Shown piece after piece: positions 55,929 through 64,000 of a DNA stretch of 64,000 nucleotides; position 1 is the first letter of the stretch; each line of letters opens with the position of its first letter. A model generated the notes under the pieces. It had not been told where the DNA came from. It made no database searches and saw only the letters and a program-made list of their open reading frames with translations. The DNA comes from Bacteroidota bacterium (GTDB lineage: Bacteria; Bacteroidota; Bacteroidia; Bacteroidales; FEN-979). Location of the stretch: the NCBI GenBank assembly GCA_037138335.1, contig JBAXIO010000006.1, forward strand, positions 81,790-145,789, written 5' to 3'. A program made the position numbers and the translations under genes.

Positions 55929-57324
55929 GAAGGGCGACATTTTCAACATGCTGGGTATGCGGGAACATATCAACCGGCTGGCATTCCTGCATTGTATACT
56001 TTTCCTTGAGAATATAAATATCCCTGGCCTGGGTTGCGGGGTTGCAGCTTATATAGACAATTTTCCCGGGAAGCACCGACAGCAGCGTTCTGATCACCTT
56101 CTCATGCATGCCGTTGCGCGGAGGGTCGGTGATGACCGCATCGGGATGGCCATGTTCGGCGATAAATTCAGGTGTGAGCAATTTTTCGGTTTCGGCAGCG
56201 AAAAACTGAAGGTTGGTATTGCCGTTAAGAGCGGCATTAATGCCGGCATCGGTTACAGCTGAAGCAACGGATTCAATCCCTATCCCTTTTTTTATATAAG
56301 GAGCGATATAATTTGCTATAGTCCCTGTGCCCGTATAAAGGTCGTAAACGGTTTCATGGCCTTCGGGCGATAGGTAGCCGGCAGCCAGCCGAAAAAGTTT
56401 CCCGGCCTGGATGGGATTTGTCTGGAAGAAAGAAACCGGCCCTATCCTGAATTTTGACTCAGGGAAGCTTTCACGGAACGGAGGTAAAACCTCAGTGATA
56501 AACAGGGTGCCCGAATAATGCCTCATCACCAGGTCGCTGATGATATCGTTCTTCTTTTCATTCACCACATAATACATGGATGTTATTTTCGGGAACCCGG
56601 CCTGGAGATGAAAGAGCATCGGGAGGATCCGGTCGGGCTCATCGGTCCCGAAAACCATAATCAGCATAAGGTCGCCGGAGGTGGTGGTCCTAAAGATCAT
56701 GTTACGCAGAAATCCCGAATTGTTCCTGGCATCGTAAAAGCTCAGGCCCCTATCGATCGCATACTTCCTGGCTTCAAGCCTGATGGCGTTTACCGGTTCC
56801 TCCATCAGATAGCAATGGTCAATATCGAGGATTTTGTCCCAACGCCTGGGTATATGAAACCCCAGGGCAGGGGAGGCGTCGCCGTCGGCCGCACCCGTGA
56901 ACCACCTGCGGGAGGAGAATGTGAATTCAAGCTTGTTCCTGTATTCCCTTGTAGCTTCCGACCCGATGATCTCACGCACCATGGGATCTTCGAGCTTGGC
57001 AATGCGCCTGAAACTGTCTTCAACCTGCTTGTGTTTGAAATGAAGCTGGCTGCTGTAGTTCATGTGCTGCCAGCTGCATCCCCCGCAAACGCCGAAATGG
57101 GAGCAGAAAGCTTCCGTGCGGTCGGGCGAATAGCTGTGAAATTTCACTATCCTCCCTTCTGCGAAGGATCGTTTTGTTTTGAAGACTTCAATATCTACAA
57201 TATCCCCGGGCACCCCGTAAGGCACAAAAACAACCATCTCGCCATCCCTGGCCACGGCATTGCCTTCAGAACCGGCATCGATAATCTCAATTTTTTCTAT
57301 CAGTTTCTTCTCGTTCTTCCTCAC
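55915..57324 (-). CDS. rlmD: 23S rRNA (uracil-C5)-methyltransferase, RlmD/RumA family
   Basis: It has an N-terminal TRAM domain, the Fe-S cysteines CSHFGVCGGCSWQH, the SAM-binding segment LYTGTGTI and a C-terminal catalytic Cys region (YISCNPAT). Confidence 0.85.
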   Translation of the reverse strand: MRKNEKKLIEKIEIIDAGSEGNAVARDGEMVVFVPYGVPGDIVDIEVFKTKRSFAEGRIVKFHSYSPDRTEAFCSHFGVCGGCSWQHMNYSSQLHFKHKQVEDSFRRIAKLEDPMVREIIGSEATREYRNKLEFTFSSRRWFTGAADGDASPALGFHIPRRWDKILDIDHCYLMEEPVNAIRLEARKYAIDRGLSFYDARNNSGFLRNMIFRTTTSGDLMLIMVFGTDEPDRILPMLFHLQAGFPKITSMYYVVNEKKNDIISDLVMRHYSGTLFITEVLPPFRESFPESKFRIGPVSFFQTNPIQAGKLFRLAAGYLSPEGHETVYDLYTGTGTIANYIAPYIKKGIGIESVASAVTDAGINAALNGNTNLQFFAAETEKLLTPEFIAEHGHPDAVITDPPRNGMHEKVIRTLLSVLPGKIVYISCNPATQARDIYILKEKYTMQECQPVDMFPHTQHVENVALLTLA

Positions 57325-57339
57325 TTTTCCCTCACGATC

Positions 57340-58422
57340 TTATTCACGATTTATAAAATGCCTGCTGTCGCCCCATTCCCCGTATCCGATCTCGTCTCCT
57401 GCCGCACGTATGTGTTTTTCGAGCGCTATCCTGGTCTCTTCCGGCTCATCCTTGACATTCGGTTTGTTTTCGTACAGCAGGTAATTGTCCCTGTATTTTA
57501 CCGGGGTCAGGTTGGGCATGATCACATTGGCCCCGGCATAAATTGCCTGCTCCCTTCCCCTGGGGTCAAGGGTTTGCATTGCAGTTGTGGCTGCTATGTT
57601 AATGTCGGGCATAATGATCCTTAGGATCGCAACCATTTTAATGGATAGCAGGACCCTTTCTGCAGCCGAAGGAATTAAATTGCGGTATTCCCACAAGGGT
57701 GTATCTTCATGTTCTATATAAGGCCCCATTCCAACCATATCGATATCGAAATCCCTGAAAAAGCAAAGGTCATCGGCCAGGTCGGAGGTAGTTTGAAATG
57801 GCAGGCCTATCATGACCCCTGTGCCAACCTGGAATCCCGATTTCCTGAGTAATGAAAGGGATTCCAGCCTTGCCTGGTGGGTGTGCCTCTGATCGGCGGG
57901 ATGCAGTTTTGCATACAGGGCAGGGTTTGATACTTCTATACGTAGCAGGTAGCGGTGAGCCCCGGCCGAAAACCAGCGTTTGTAGGTTTCTTCCGTTTGT
58001 TCGCCCAGCGACAAGGTGATATGGAGGCTGCCGTTTGTGGCTGAATGTATCTGCCTGAGCAGGTTCTCGATGGACTTGCTGAACGCCTTGCTGCTTTGCT
58101 CCCCGCTTTGTATTACTATTGAAGCAAAATTGTTGTCGGCTGCATACCTGGCCGCTTCAAGCACCTCCTCGTCGCTCAGGGTGTACCGCTGGTAGCGGCC
58201 GTTATCCATCCTGATCCCGCAATAGAAGCAGTTTTTGGTACAAATGTTAGAATATTCTATCAGTCCCCTGAAAAAAACTTTCCTCCCCACCATGGCCGTT
58301 TTCAGATCGTGGGCCCGGTTGAAAAGCTCTTCTGAACCTGCCTTGTCAAGGGCAAGCAGCATCATTATATCATCTTTTGCGATATATTTTTTTTGTAAAA
58401 TATTTTCAACAGTTCGAACCAT
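57340..58422 (-). CDS. HydE-like radical SAM protein (BioB/HydE/PylB clade)
   Basis: YSNICTKNCFYCGIRMDN contains CxxxCxxC followed by G-x-R, as in HydE. It is about 360 aa and TIM-barrel sized. No hydF, hydG or hydrogenase gene is in the window. Confidence 0.65.
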   Translation of the reverse strand: MVRTVENILQKKYIAKDDIMMLLALDKAGSEELFNRAHDLKTAMVGRKVFFRGLIEYSNICTKNCFYCGIRMDNGRYQRYTLSDEEVLEAARYAADNNFASIVIQSGEQSSKAFSKSIENLLRQIHSATNGSLHITLSLGEQTEETYKRWFSAGAHRYLLRIEVSNPALYAKLHPADQRHTHQARLESLSLLRKSGFQVGTGVMIGLPFQTTSDLADDLCFFRDFDIDMVGMGPYIEHEDTPLWEYRNLIPSAAERVLLSIKMVAILRIIMPDINIAATTAMQTLDPRGREQAIYAGANVIMPNLTPVKYRDNYLLYENKPNVKDEPEETRIALEKHIRAAGDEIGYGEWGDSRHFINRE

Positions 58423-58457
58423 TGTGAGGGAAATGTTAATATATTAGCTTGCTGATG

Positions 58458-58465
58458 CAAAGGTA
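58458..58465 (-). promoter_or_regulatory. -7 box TACCTTTG (minus strand) upstream of hydE-like/rlmD operon
   Basis: CAAAGGTA on the plus strand lies 36 nt upstream of ATG 58422. Confidence 0.5.
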
Positions 58466-58506
58466 CCTTTTCTTTCGTAATTTAGTCAGCCGAAAAACCG
58501 CCTCCT

Positions 58507-59271
58507 ATGGATGAAGCTATAAGGACAGTCCTTGTCGATGATGACAAAACCAGTTTGCTTACCTTGCAGTCGTTGCTTGAAAAGCATTTTCACGAGGTCA
58601 GCATCATCGGAACCGCAATGACGGTTAAAGATGCCATCGCCCTGATCGATGAAACCAAACCTGAAATGGTTTTCCTCGATGTTAACCTCCCCGACGGGGA
58701 AGGGTTTGATGTGATGGAAGGAGTTACATTCCGCAAATTCCAGGTCATTTTTGTTACAGCTTTCGACAAATATGCAGTTCGCGCATTTGAATTTTCGGCG
58801 CTTCATTACATCGTAAAGCCGGCTACTTTTGACGGATTAAAGACTGCTTTCGACCGTTACAGGGACTCAAGGGAAAAAGACGAGGACATAGATGACCGTC
58901 TCTCTGTTCTGAAGGAAAGCCTGAAAGGCGGACAGGAGAAAATAATCATCCCGTCCTCTGATGGTTTGAACATAGTTAAACTGGGGGATGTCGTAAGGCT
59001 TGAAGCCGACGATGTGTATACTACCTTTTACCTTTCTAACGGCCAGAAGTTCGTGGCATCGAAATCCATGAACAATTACGAAAAAATACTGGAAGACCTC
59101 CCGTTTTCACGTATCCACAGCAAACACCTGATCAACCTGGTGTATGTCAAGCGGTATATGAAAGGCAAAGGCGGTTCGGTAATAATGGAAGACAATTCCG
59201 AGGTCGAGGTATCGGTAAGAAAAAAAGCTGATTTTCTCGAAAAGCTTAAATCCTTTGCACGATTTGTTTAA
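58507..59271 (+). CDS. LytR/AlgR-family response regulator (REC + LytTR DNA-binding domain)
   Basis: The REC domain is VLVDDD...MVFLDVNLPDG. The C-terminal LytTR pattern is ...IVKLGDVVRLEADDVYTTFYL...FSRIHSKHLINL. Confidence 0.85.
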   Translation: MDEAIRTVLVDDDKTSLLTLQSLLEKHFHEVSIIGTAMTVKDAIALIDETKPEMVFLDVNLPDGEGFDVMEGVTFRKFQVIFVTAFDKYAVRAFEFSALHYIVKPATFDGLKTAFDRYRDSREKDEDIDDRLSVLKESLKGGQEKIIIPSSDGLNIVKLGDVVRLEADDVYTTFYLSNGQKFVASKSMNNYEKILEDLPFSRIHSKHLINLVYVKRYMKGKGGSVIMEDNSEVEVSVRKKADFLEKLKSFARFV

Positions 59272-60356
59272 ACGTTGAAGCGGATATGCAGTATATCCCC
59301 GTCGTCAACGATATAATTTTTCCCTTCAACGAATAATTTCCCTTTTTCCCTGCAGGCATGTTCCGATCCTAAAGCGATAAAGTCGCTGTATTTCATGACT
59401 TCCGCACGTATAAAGCCTCTTTCGAGGTCGCTATGGATCACGCCTGCAGCCTGGGGAGCCGTCATCCCTTTGCGGATTGTCCAGGCTCTTACTTCCTTAG
59501 GCCCTGCGGTAAAGAAATTCTGGAGGTCCAGAAGGTGAAAGGCTGCCCTGACAAGGCGGTTGACCCCGGGTTCGTTAAGCCCGGCATCGGCAAGGAACAC
59601 CTGGCGGTCCTCTTCCTGCTCTAGTTCGGCAATTTCCGACTCCAGTTTGCCTGCAACAACAATGACTTCAGCATTTTCGGCCTCGACGCTCCGGATAAAC
59701 CTTGCCGAGTGTGCATTCCCGTTCACCGCCGATCCGTCATCCACATTGCATACATATAAAACAGGTTTCTCAGTCAGCAGCGCTATATCGGCAATATATT
59801 TCTTGTCTTCCTCGTAAACGTCAGCTGTACGGGCGCTCTGGAAGGATTCCAGATGTTTCTTGTACACCTCGAGGACTTCAACACATTTTTTCGCATCCTT
59901 ATCGCCGCCCTTGGCGATCTTTTCAAACCTCTGTATTTTCCTGTCAACCAGTTCAAGATCCCTGATCTGGAGTTCGAGGTCGACAATCTCCTTATCCCTG
60001 ACCGGATCAACAGACCCTTCGATATGCGGCATATTGGGGTCGTCGAAACAGCGGATGACATGGATAAGTGCATCCACATTACGTATATCGGCAAGGAATT
60101 TATTGCCTTCGGTGTTTCCCCCTTTGGAAAGGCCCGGGATATCAACCATCTCGATTGTTGTTGGAACGATCTTCGCAGCATGAATGAATTTATCAATTTC
60201 AAACAGCCTGGGATCAGGCACATTCATGGTCCCAAGGTTCGATTTAGTGGCAGTAAAAGCTGCTTTATGAGTTTCGGCCCGGTTCGAAGAGATACAGTTG
60301 AAAAGGCTGGTCTTTCCTGAGCCGGACAGGCCGATGATTCCGCATTTTAAAGGCAT
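59268..60356 (-). CDS. ychF: Redox-regulated ATPase YchF
   Basis: The G1 motif is GIIGLSGSGKTSLFN. The C-terminal TGS domain is AAGVIHSDLERGFIRAEV...VDDGDILHIRFNV. Confidence 0.95.
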   Translation of the reverse strand: MPLKCGIIGLSGSGKTSLFNCISSNRAETHKAAFTATKSNLGTMNVPDPRLFEIDKFIHAAKIVPTTIEMVDIPGLSKGGNTEGNKFLADIRNVDALIHVIRCFDDPNMPHIEGSVDPVRDKEIVDLELQIRDLELVDRKIQRFEKIAKGGDKDAKKCVEVLEVYKKHLESFQSARTADVYEEDKKYIADIALLTEKPVLYVCNVDDGSAVNGNAHSARFIRSVEAENAEVIVVAGKLESEIAELEQEEDRQVFLADAGLNEPGVNRLVRAAFHLLDLQNFFTAGPKEVRAWTIRKGMTAPQAAGVIHSDLERGFIRAEVMKYSDFIALGSEHACREKGKLFVEGKNYIVDDGDILHIRFNV

Positions 60357-60535
60357 GTATGGTTTATTTTAGAGCTTCAGTTTAACTATTAAGGTTCAGC
60401 ATCCCCTGTTCAACCTGGTTTTGCAGCCGGGGATTAATGAATGATTCTGCGAAATTACATTATCCGTGAGGAACATTCAAGGTGAATATTAAATTTCCTT
60501 TAACCAGCTCTGCCTTTTGATATTTCCAATTTCTT

Positions 60536-60543
60536 TATATTTG
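60536..60543 (+). promoter_or_regulatory. -7 box TATATTTG upstream of WG-repeat gene
   Basis: Perfect TAnnTTTG, 13 nt before ATG 60556. This implies a very short leader and argues against the TTG 60517 start. Confidence 0.4.
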
Positions 60544-60555
60544 AAAAAAAACAGT

Positions 60556-61572
60556 ATGAAAACAGGATTAAAAAGTATTGTCGTTTTGATGACTATCATC
60601 ATGACTATTGCAACCATGGCGGTGCATTCACAAGTTCTGACTGCCCCGGTACAAAAAGGCAGCCTCTGGGGCTATATTGACCAGAATGGCAAGTGGCTGA
60701 TCAATCCACAGTATACAACAGCCTGGGGTTTCTCTGAAGGGCTGGCCCCGGCAGAACTGAATAAATTGTGGGGATATATTGACGGGAAAGGAAATTGGAT
60801 AATCAATCCCCAGTACAAAAGGGCTGAAGGGTACAGCGAAGGTTTATGCCGGGTGATTACAACCGATGACAAATTCGGCAAATGGATTTATCTGGATAAA
60901 TCTGGCAAACAGGCATTTGCAGCTCATTTTGACAATTGCATGGACTTTAGTAACGGCCGGGCGGCTGCAAGGCAGGGAAAGATGTGGGGGTATATCGATA
61001 ATACAGGTAAGTTTATTATCGAAGGGAAATATGAACATGCTGAGACTTTTTGTGATGGAGCGGCCCGTGTAAAACTCGATAAGGTCTATGGATTTATTGA
61101 CCTGTCGGGGAAATGGTTGCTGCAGACCGATTTTGAGAATATCCGTGACATGAAAGAGGGGGCCTTCCCATACAAGGGAAAGGACGGATGGGGGTTTGCC
61201 GACAAACAGGGGAAGGTTATTGTTTCGGATAACCTGGATCATGCCCAGCCGTTTTCGGAGGGAATGGGCAGGGCCAAAAAAAAGGGGCTCTGGGGTTTCT
61301 ATGATAACACGGGAAAACTGGTTGTCCAGTTCAGTTTTGACAATTGCATGGATTTCTCTGAAGGCCTTGCAGCTGTGCAAAAAGGAAAATTATGGGGATT
61401 TATTGACAAGTCGGGGAATATGATAGTTCCACCCCAGTTTGATGAAGTTGATTCATTCTCAAATGGCCTGGCTGCCGTGAAATCGGGTTCACTGTGGGGC
61501 TATGTAGATAAATCGGGTAAAATGGCTATCCCTGCCCAGTTTGATAATGCCATAGGGTTCACCCTTGAATAA
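60556..61572 (+). CDS. WG-containing (KWG) repeat protein, secreted
   Basis: A signal peptide is followed by about 9 repeats of about 36 aa, each with (L/M)WG(Y/F)(I/V)D..GK..I.PQ(F/Y)....(F/Y)SEGLA. Confidence 0.8.
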   Translation: MKTGLKSIVVLMTIIMTIATMAVHSQVLTAPVQKGSLWGYIDQNGKWLINPQYTTAWGFSEGLAPAELNKLWGYIDGKGNWIINPQYKRAEGYSEGLCRVITTDDKFGKWIYLDKSGKQAFAAHFDNCMDFSNGRAAARQGKMWGYIDNTGKFIIEGKYEHAETFCDGAARVKLDKVYGFIDLSGKWLLQTDFENIRDMKEGAFPYKGKDGWGFADKQGKVIVSDNLDHAQPFSEGMGRAKKKGLWGFYDNTGKLVVQFSFDNCMDFSEGLAAVQKGKLWGFIDKSGNMIVPPQFDEVDSFSNGLAAVKSGSLWGYVDKSGKMAIPAQFDNAIGFTLE

Positions 61573-61609
61573 GCCTTACTAATCCTTTGGTAATTAATTT
61601 ATTTCTTTC

Positions 61610-61617
61610 TACCTTTG
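61610..61617 (+). promoter_or_regulatory. -7 box TACCTTTG upstream of rpsA (119-nt leader)
   Basis: Perfect TAnnTTTG. The extended ACCTTTGCACCCC is identical to the yidC promoter candidate. Confidence 0.5.
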
Positions 61618-61735
61618 CACCCCATTTTGTCCGGGGTGGAATGGCCTTATGTTCCTTTAATAAAACCCCCGGAAAAGAAAATAAAAGTTTAACCCGGAAT
61701 TCGCGTATGCGCTTCCAATTAGCCAAATTTAATAC

Positions 61736-63760
61736 ATGACTCCTGAAGAAACCAATGTCAACATGGAGCAAAATGTTAATGTTGAACCAGAAATTACAGG
61801 CACTGAAGCACCACAGGCAGAAACAACCCCTGAAGTTGTAGCCGAAGTACCTGAGAAAAAAGAAATCAGAAAGAAACCCGCCCCGGCAGAACCTTCTGCG
61901 GAATTTGACTGGGACTCTATCGGAAAGAAACATGAACTGTATTCCCAGGATGAACGCAAAAGGCTGGAAGATGTTTATGACCAGACCCTTAAAGCCATCC
62001 AGGACCATGAACTGATCGAAGGTACCGTGGTAACGATGACCAACCGTGAAATTGTTGTCAACATAGGCTTTAAATCAGACGGTGTACTTATGGCCAATGA
62101 ATTCCGCTACAATCCCGATCTCAAAATCGGCGATAAAGTGGAAGTTTATATTGAGAACCAGGAAGACACCACCGGACAGCTTCTTCTTTCGCATAAAAAA
62201 GCCCGCATCCTGAAATCATGGGAACGCATCAATACAGCCTATGACAACCAGGAAATCATCAAGGGTCATGTTAAATCCCGCACCAAGGGCGGACTCATCG
62301 TTGACGTATTCGGCATTGAAGCTTTCCTTCCCGGTTCGCAGATCGATGTAAAACCAATACGCGACTACGATGTTTTTGTTGATAAAGTTATGGAGTTCAA
62401 GGTGGTTAAGATCAACCACGAATACAAGAACGTTGTAGTTTCCCATAAAGCCCTTATTGAAGACGAACTCGAAGCCCAGAAGGCAGAGATCATCAAAAAA
62501 CTTGAAAAAGGACAGATCCTTGAAGGTACCGTTAAAAATATCACTTCATACGGGGTGTTTATTGACCTCGGCGGTGTTGACGGGCTTATTCATATTACCG
62601 ACCTTAGCTGGGGACGCATCAACCATCCTGAAGAAATCGTTAAACTCGACCAGAAAATCAAAGTTGTCATCCTTGATTTTGATGATAACAAAAAACGTAT
62701 CGCACTTGGCCTCAAACAGCTCACACCTCATCCCTGGGATTCCCTTGATAAGGACCTTAAGGTTGGCGACAAGGTTAAAGGCCGCGTAGTTGTTATTGCT
62801 GATTACGGCGCATTTGTTGAAATCGCAGCCGGCGTTGAAAGCCTGATCCATGTTTCAGAAATGTCATGGTCACAGCATCTCCGCACCGCACATGATTTCC
62901 TGAAAGTCGGGCAGGAAGTGGAAGCTGTTATCCTTACACTCGACCGCGAAGAACGGAAGATGTCGATGGGTATCAAGCAGCTCATCCCGGATCCCTGGAA
63001 CAACATCAAGGAAAAATACCCTCTTAAATCGAAGCATACCGCGATTGTACGCAACTTTACCAATTTCGGCATATTTGTTGAACTGGAAGAAGGCGTTGAC
63101 GGACTGATCCATATCTCCGACCTGAGCTGGTCTAAGAAAATCAAGCATCCGGCTGAATTTACCAAGATCGGTGAAAAGATCGATGTGATGGTACTGGATG
63201 TCGATGTTGAAAACCGCAGGCTCAGCCTCGGCCACAAGCAGCTTGAAGAGAACCCATGGGATGTGTTTGAAAGCGTATTCTCCGTCGGTTCAGTTCATAA
63301 GGGCACCATTGTCAGCATGAACGACAAAGGGGGCATTGTTGCCCTGCCTTATGGCGTTGAAGGTTTCGCACCAACACGCCATCTTCATAAAGAAGACAAC
63401 ACTTCCGCAAGGGAGGAAGAGGTCCTCGACTTCAAGGTGATCGAATTCTCGAAAGAGAACAAGAAGATCATCCTTTCCCATACCAAGATCTATCAGGACG
63501 CCGCTTATGCCGAAAAGAACAAGGAAGCAAAGGCAGGCCAGAAAAAGGAAAAGGATACCAAGAAAGCTGTTAAAAAGCTGAAGGATAACCTGGAGAAGAC
63601 AACACTTGGCGATATTGAATCACTTGCCAATCTTAAAGCAGACATGATGGCTGCTGAAGAAAAAGTGCGTGGTGCCAGGGCTGCTGAACCCCAGGTCGAA
63701 CTTCCTTTCGATGAACCTAAAGCAGAAGAAGGAGAAACCGAAGAACCTAAGGCAGAATAA
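61736..63760 (+). CDS. rpsA: 30S ribosomal protein S1 (six S1 domains) with acidic N-terminal and K/E-rich C-terminal extensions
   Basis: S1/OB motifs repeat (G.V......G..V..G...GLIH.S). The EFDWDSIGKK segment typical of the Bacteroidota S1 N-terminus is preceded here by about 50 acidic residues. The alternative start at Met10 cannot be excluded. Confidence 0.9.
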   Translation: MTPEETNVNMEQNVNVEPEITGTEAPQAETTPEVVAEVPEKKEIRKKPAPAEPSAEFDWDSIGKKHELYSQDERKRLEDVYDQTLKAIQDHELIEGTVVTMTNREIVVNIGFKSDGVLMANEFRYNPDLKIGDKVEVYIENQEDTTGQLLLSHKKARILKSWERINTAYDNQEIIKGHVKSRTKGGLIVDVFGIEAFLPGSQIDVKPIRDYDVFVDKVMEFKVVKINHEYKNVVVSHKALIEDELEAQKAEIIKKLEKGQILEGTVKNITSYGVFIDLGGVDGLIHITDLSWGRINHPEEIVKLDQKIKVVILDFDDNKKRIALGLKQLTPHPWDSLDKDLKVGDKVKGRVVVIADYGAFVEIAAGVESLIHVSEMSWSQHLRTAHDFLKVGQEVEAVILTLDREERKMSMGIKQLIPDPWNNIKEKYPLKSKHTAIVRNFTNFGIFVELEEGVDGLIHISDLSWSKKIKHPAEFTKIGEKIDVMVLDVDVENRRLSLGHKQLEENPWDVFESVFSVGSVHKGTIVSMNDKGGIVALPYGVEGFAPTRHLHKEDNTSAREEEVLDFKVIEFSKENKKIILSHTKIYQDAAYAEKNKEAKAGQKKEKDTKKAVKKLKDNLEKTTLGDIESLANLKADMMAAEEKVRGARAAEPQVELPFDEPKAEEGETEEPKAE

Positions 63761-63765
63761 GCCTT

Positions 63766-64000
63766 ATGATATTCTCAGTGACCATACTGGGAAGCAATTC
63801 GGCCATCCCGACTTTGCAACGTAACCCAAGCGCTCATTTGCTCAATGCAAATGAGCGCTTGTTTTTAATAGACTGCGCCGAAGGGACCCAGCTCCAGCTC
63901 AGGCGCTACAAAATCCACTTCCAGAGAATAAAACATGTCCTGATCAGCCATTTGCACGGCGACCATTTTTACGGACTCATAGGGTTCCTTACCAGCCTGC
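63766..64000 (+). CDS. rnz: Ribonuclease Z (metallo-beta-lactamase tRNA 3' endonuclease), 3' end cut by window edge
   Basis: This is my own translation, since the gene is absent from the ORF track because it has no stop in the window. It reads MIFSVTILGSNSAIPTLQRNPSAHLLNANERLFLIDCAEGTQLQLRR...LISHLHGDHFYGL, which contains the HxHxDH motif. Confidence 0.8.
   Translation, partial: MIFSVTILGSNSAIPTLQRNPSAHLLNANERLFLIDCAEGTQLQLRRYKIHFQRIKHVLISHLHGDHFYGLIGFLTSL

Noticed and set aside
56518-57624. 368-aa plus-strand ORF
   Set aside because: It lies antisense to rlmD and runs across the rlmD/hydE-like boundary. The opposite-strand ORFs carry clear family motifs. This one is G/P/H/R-rich with no motif, so it is a shadow ORF.

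Overview
Dense, mostly housekeeping chromosomal segment that looks Bacteroidota-derived. Support for that: many perfect TAnnTTTG -7 boxes 13-65 nt upstream of starts, a 287-aa primary sigma factor, the DUF1573-yajC-coaE and tsaD/tamB neighbourhoods, and TonB-dependent receptor, WG-repeat and LytTR genes. I call 49 protein-coding genes, with both window edges cutting genes (parC 5' end, rnz 3' end). I found no rRNA, tRNA, CRISPR array, transposase or integrase; all intergenic gaps are under about 220 bp. All calls come from reading motifs in the supplied translations and the DNA. No searches were run, so family assignments are motif-based.

Most interesting observations:
1. An AmmeMemoRadiSam triad (20233-25072). 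Memo and AMMECR1 are fused behind a lipoprotein signal, the radical SAM enzyme carries a Tat-like leader, and it is translationally abutted to a degenerate membrane-fused spermidine-synthase-like protein. A second exported Memo paralog lies 8 kb away.
2. An AmgK-type sugar kinase fused to a RapZ C-terminal domain, followed by a MurU-like gene, both wedged between AddA-like and AddB-like genes in a tamB-led co-directional array.
3. A family of intergenic elements built from phased GTGA/TCAC heptamers and GTGAACC(G)GTTCAC palindromes at six or more loci, including a 22-nt identity between two loci 23 kb apart.
4. A 3 x 46-bp tandem repeat that duplicates the 3' end of an EEP nuclease/phosphatase gene.
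5. A rifampin-phosphotransferase-like three-domain PEP-utilising enzyme in an operon with an unknown 337-aa protein.
6. A sensor-less REC-histidine kinase packed between gap and sdaA.
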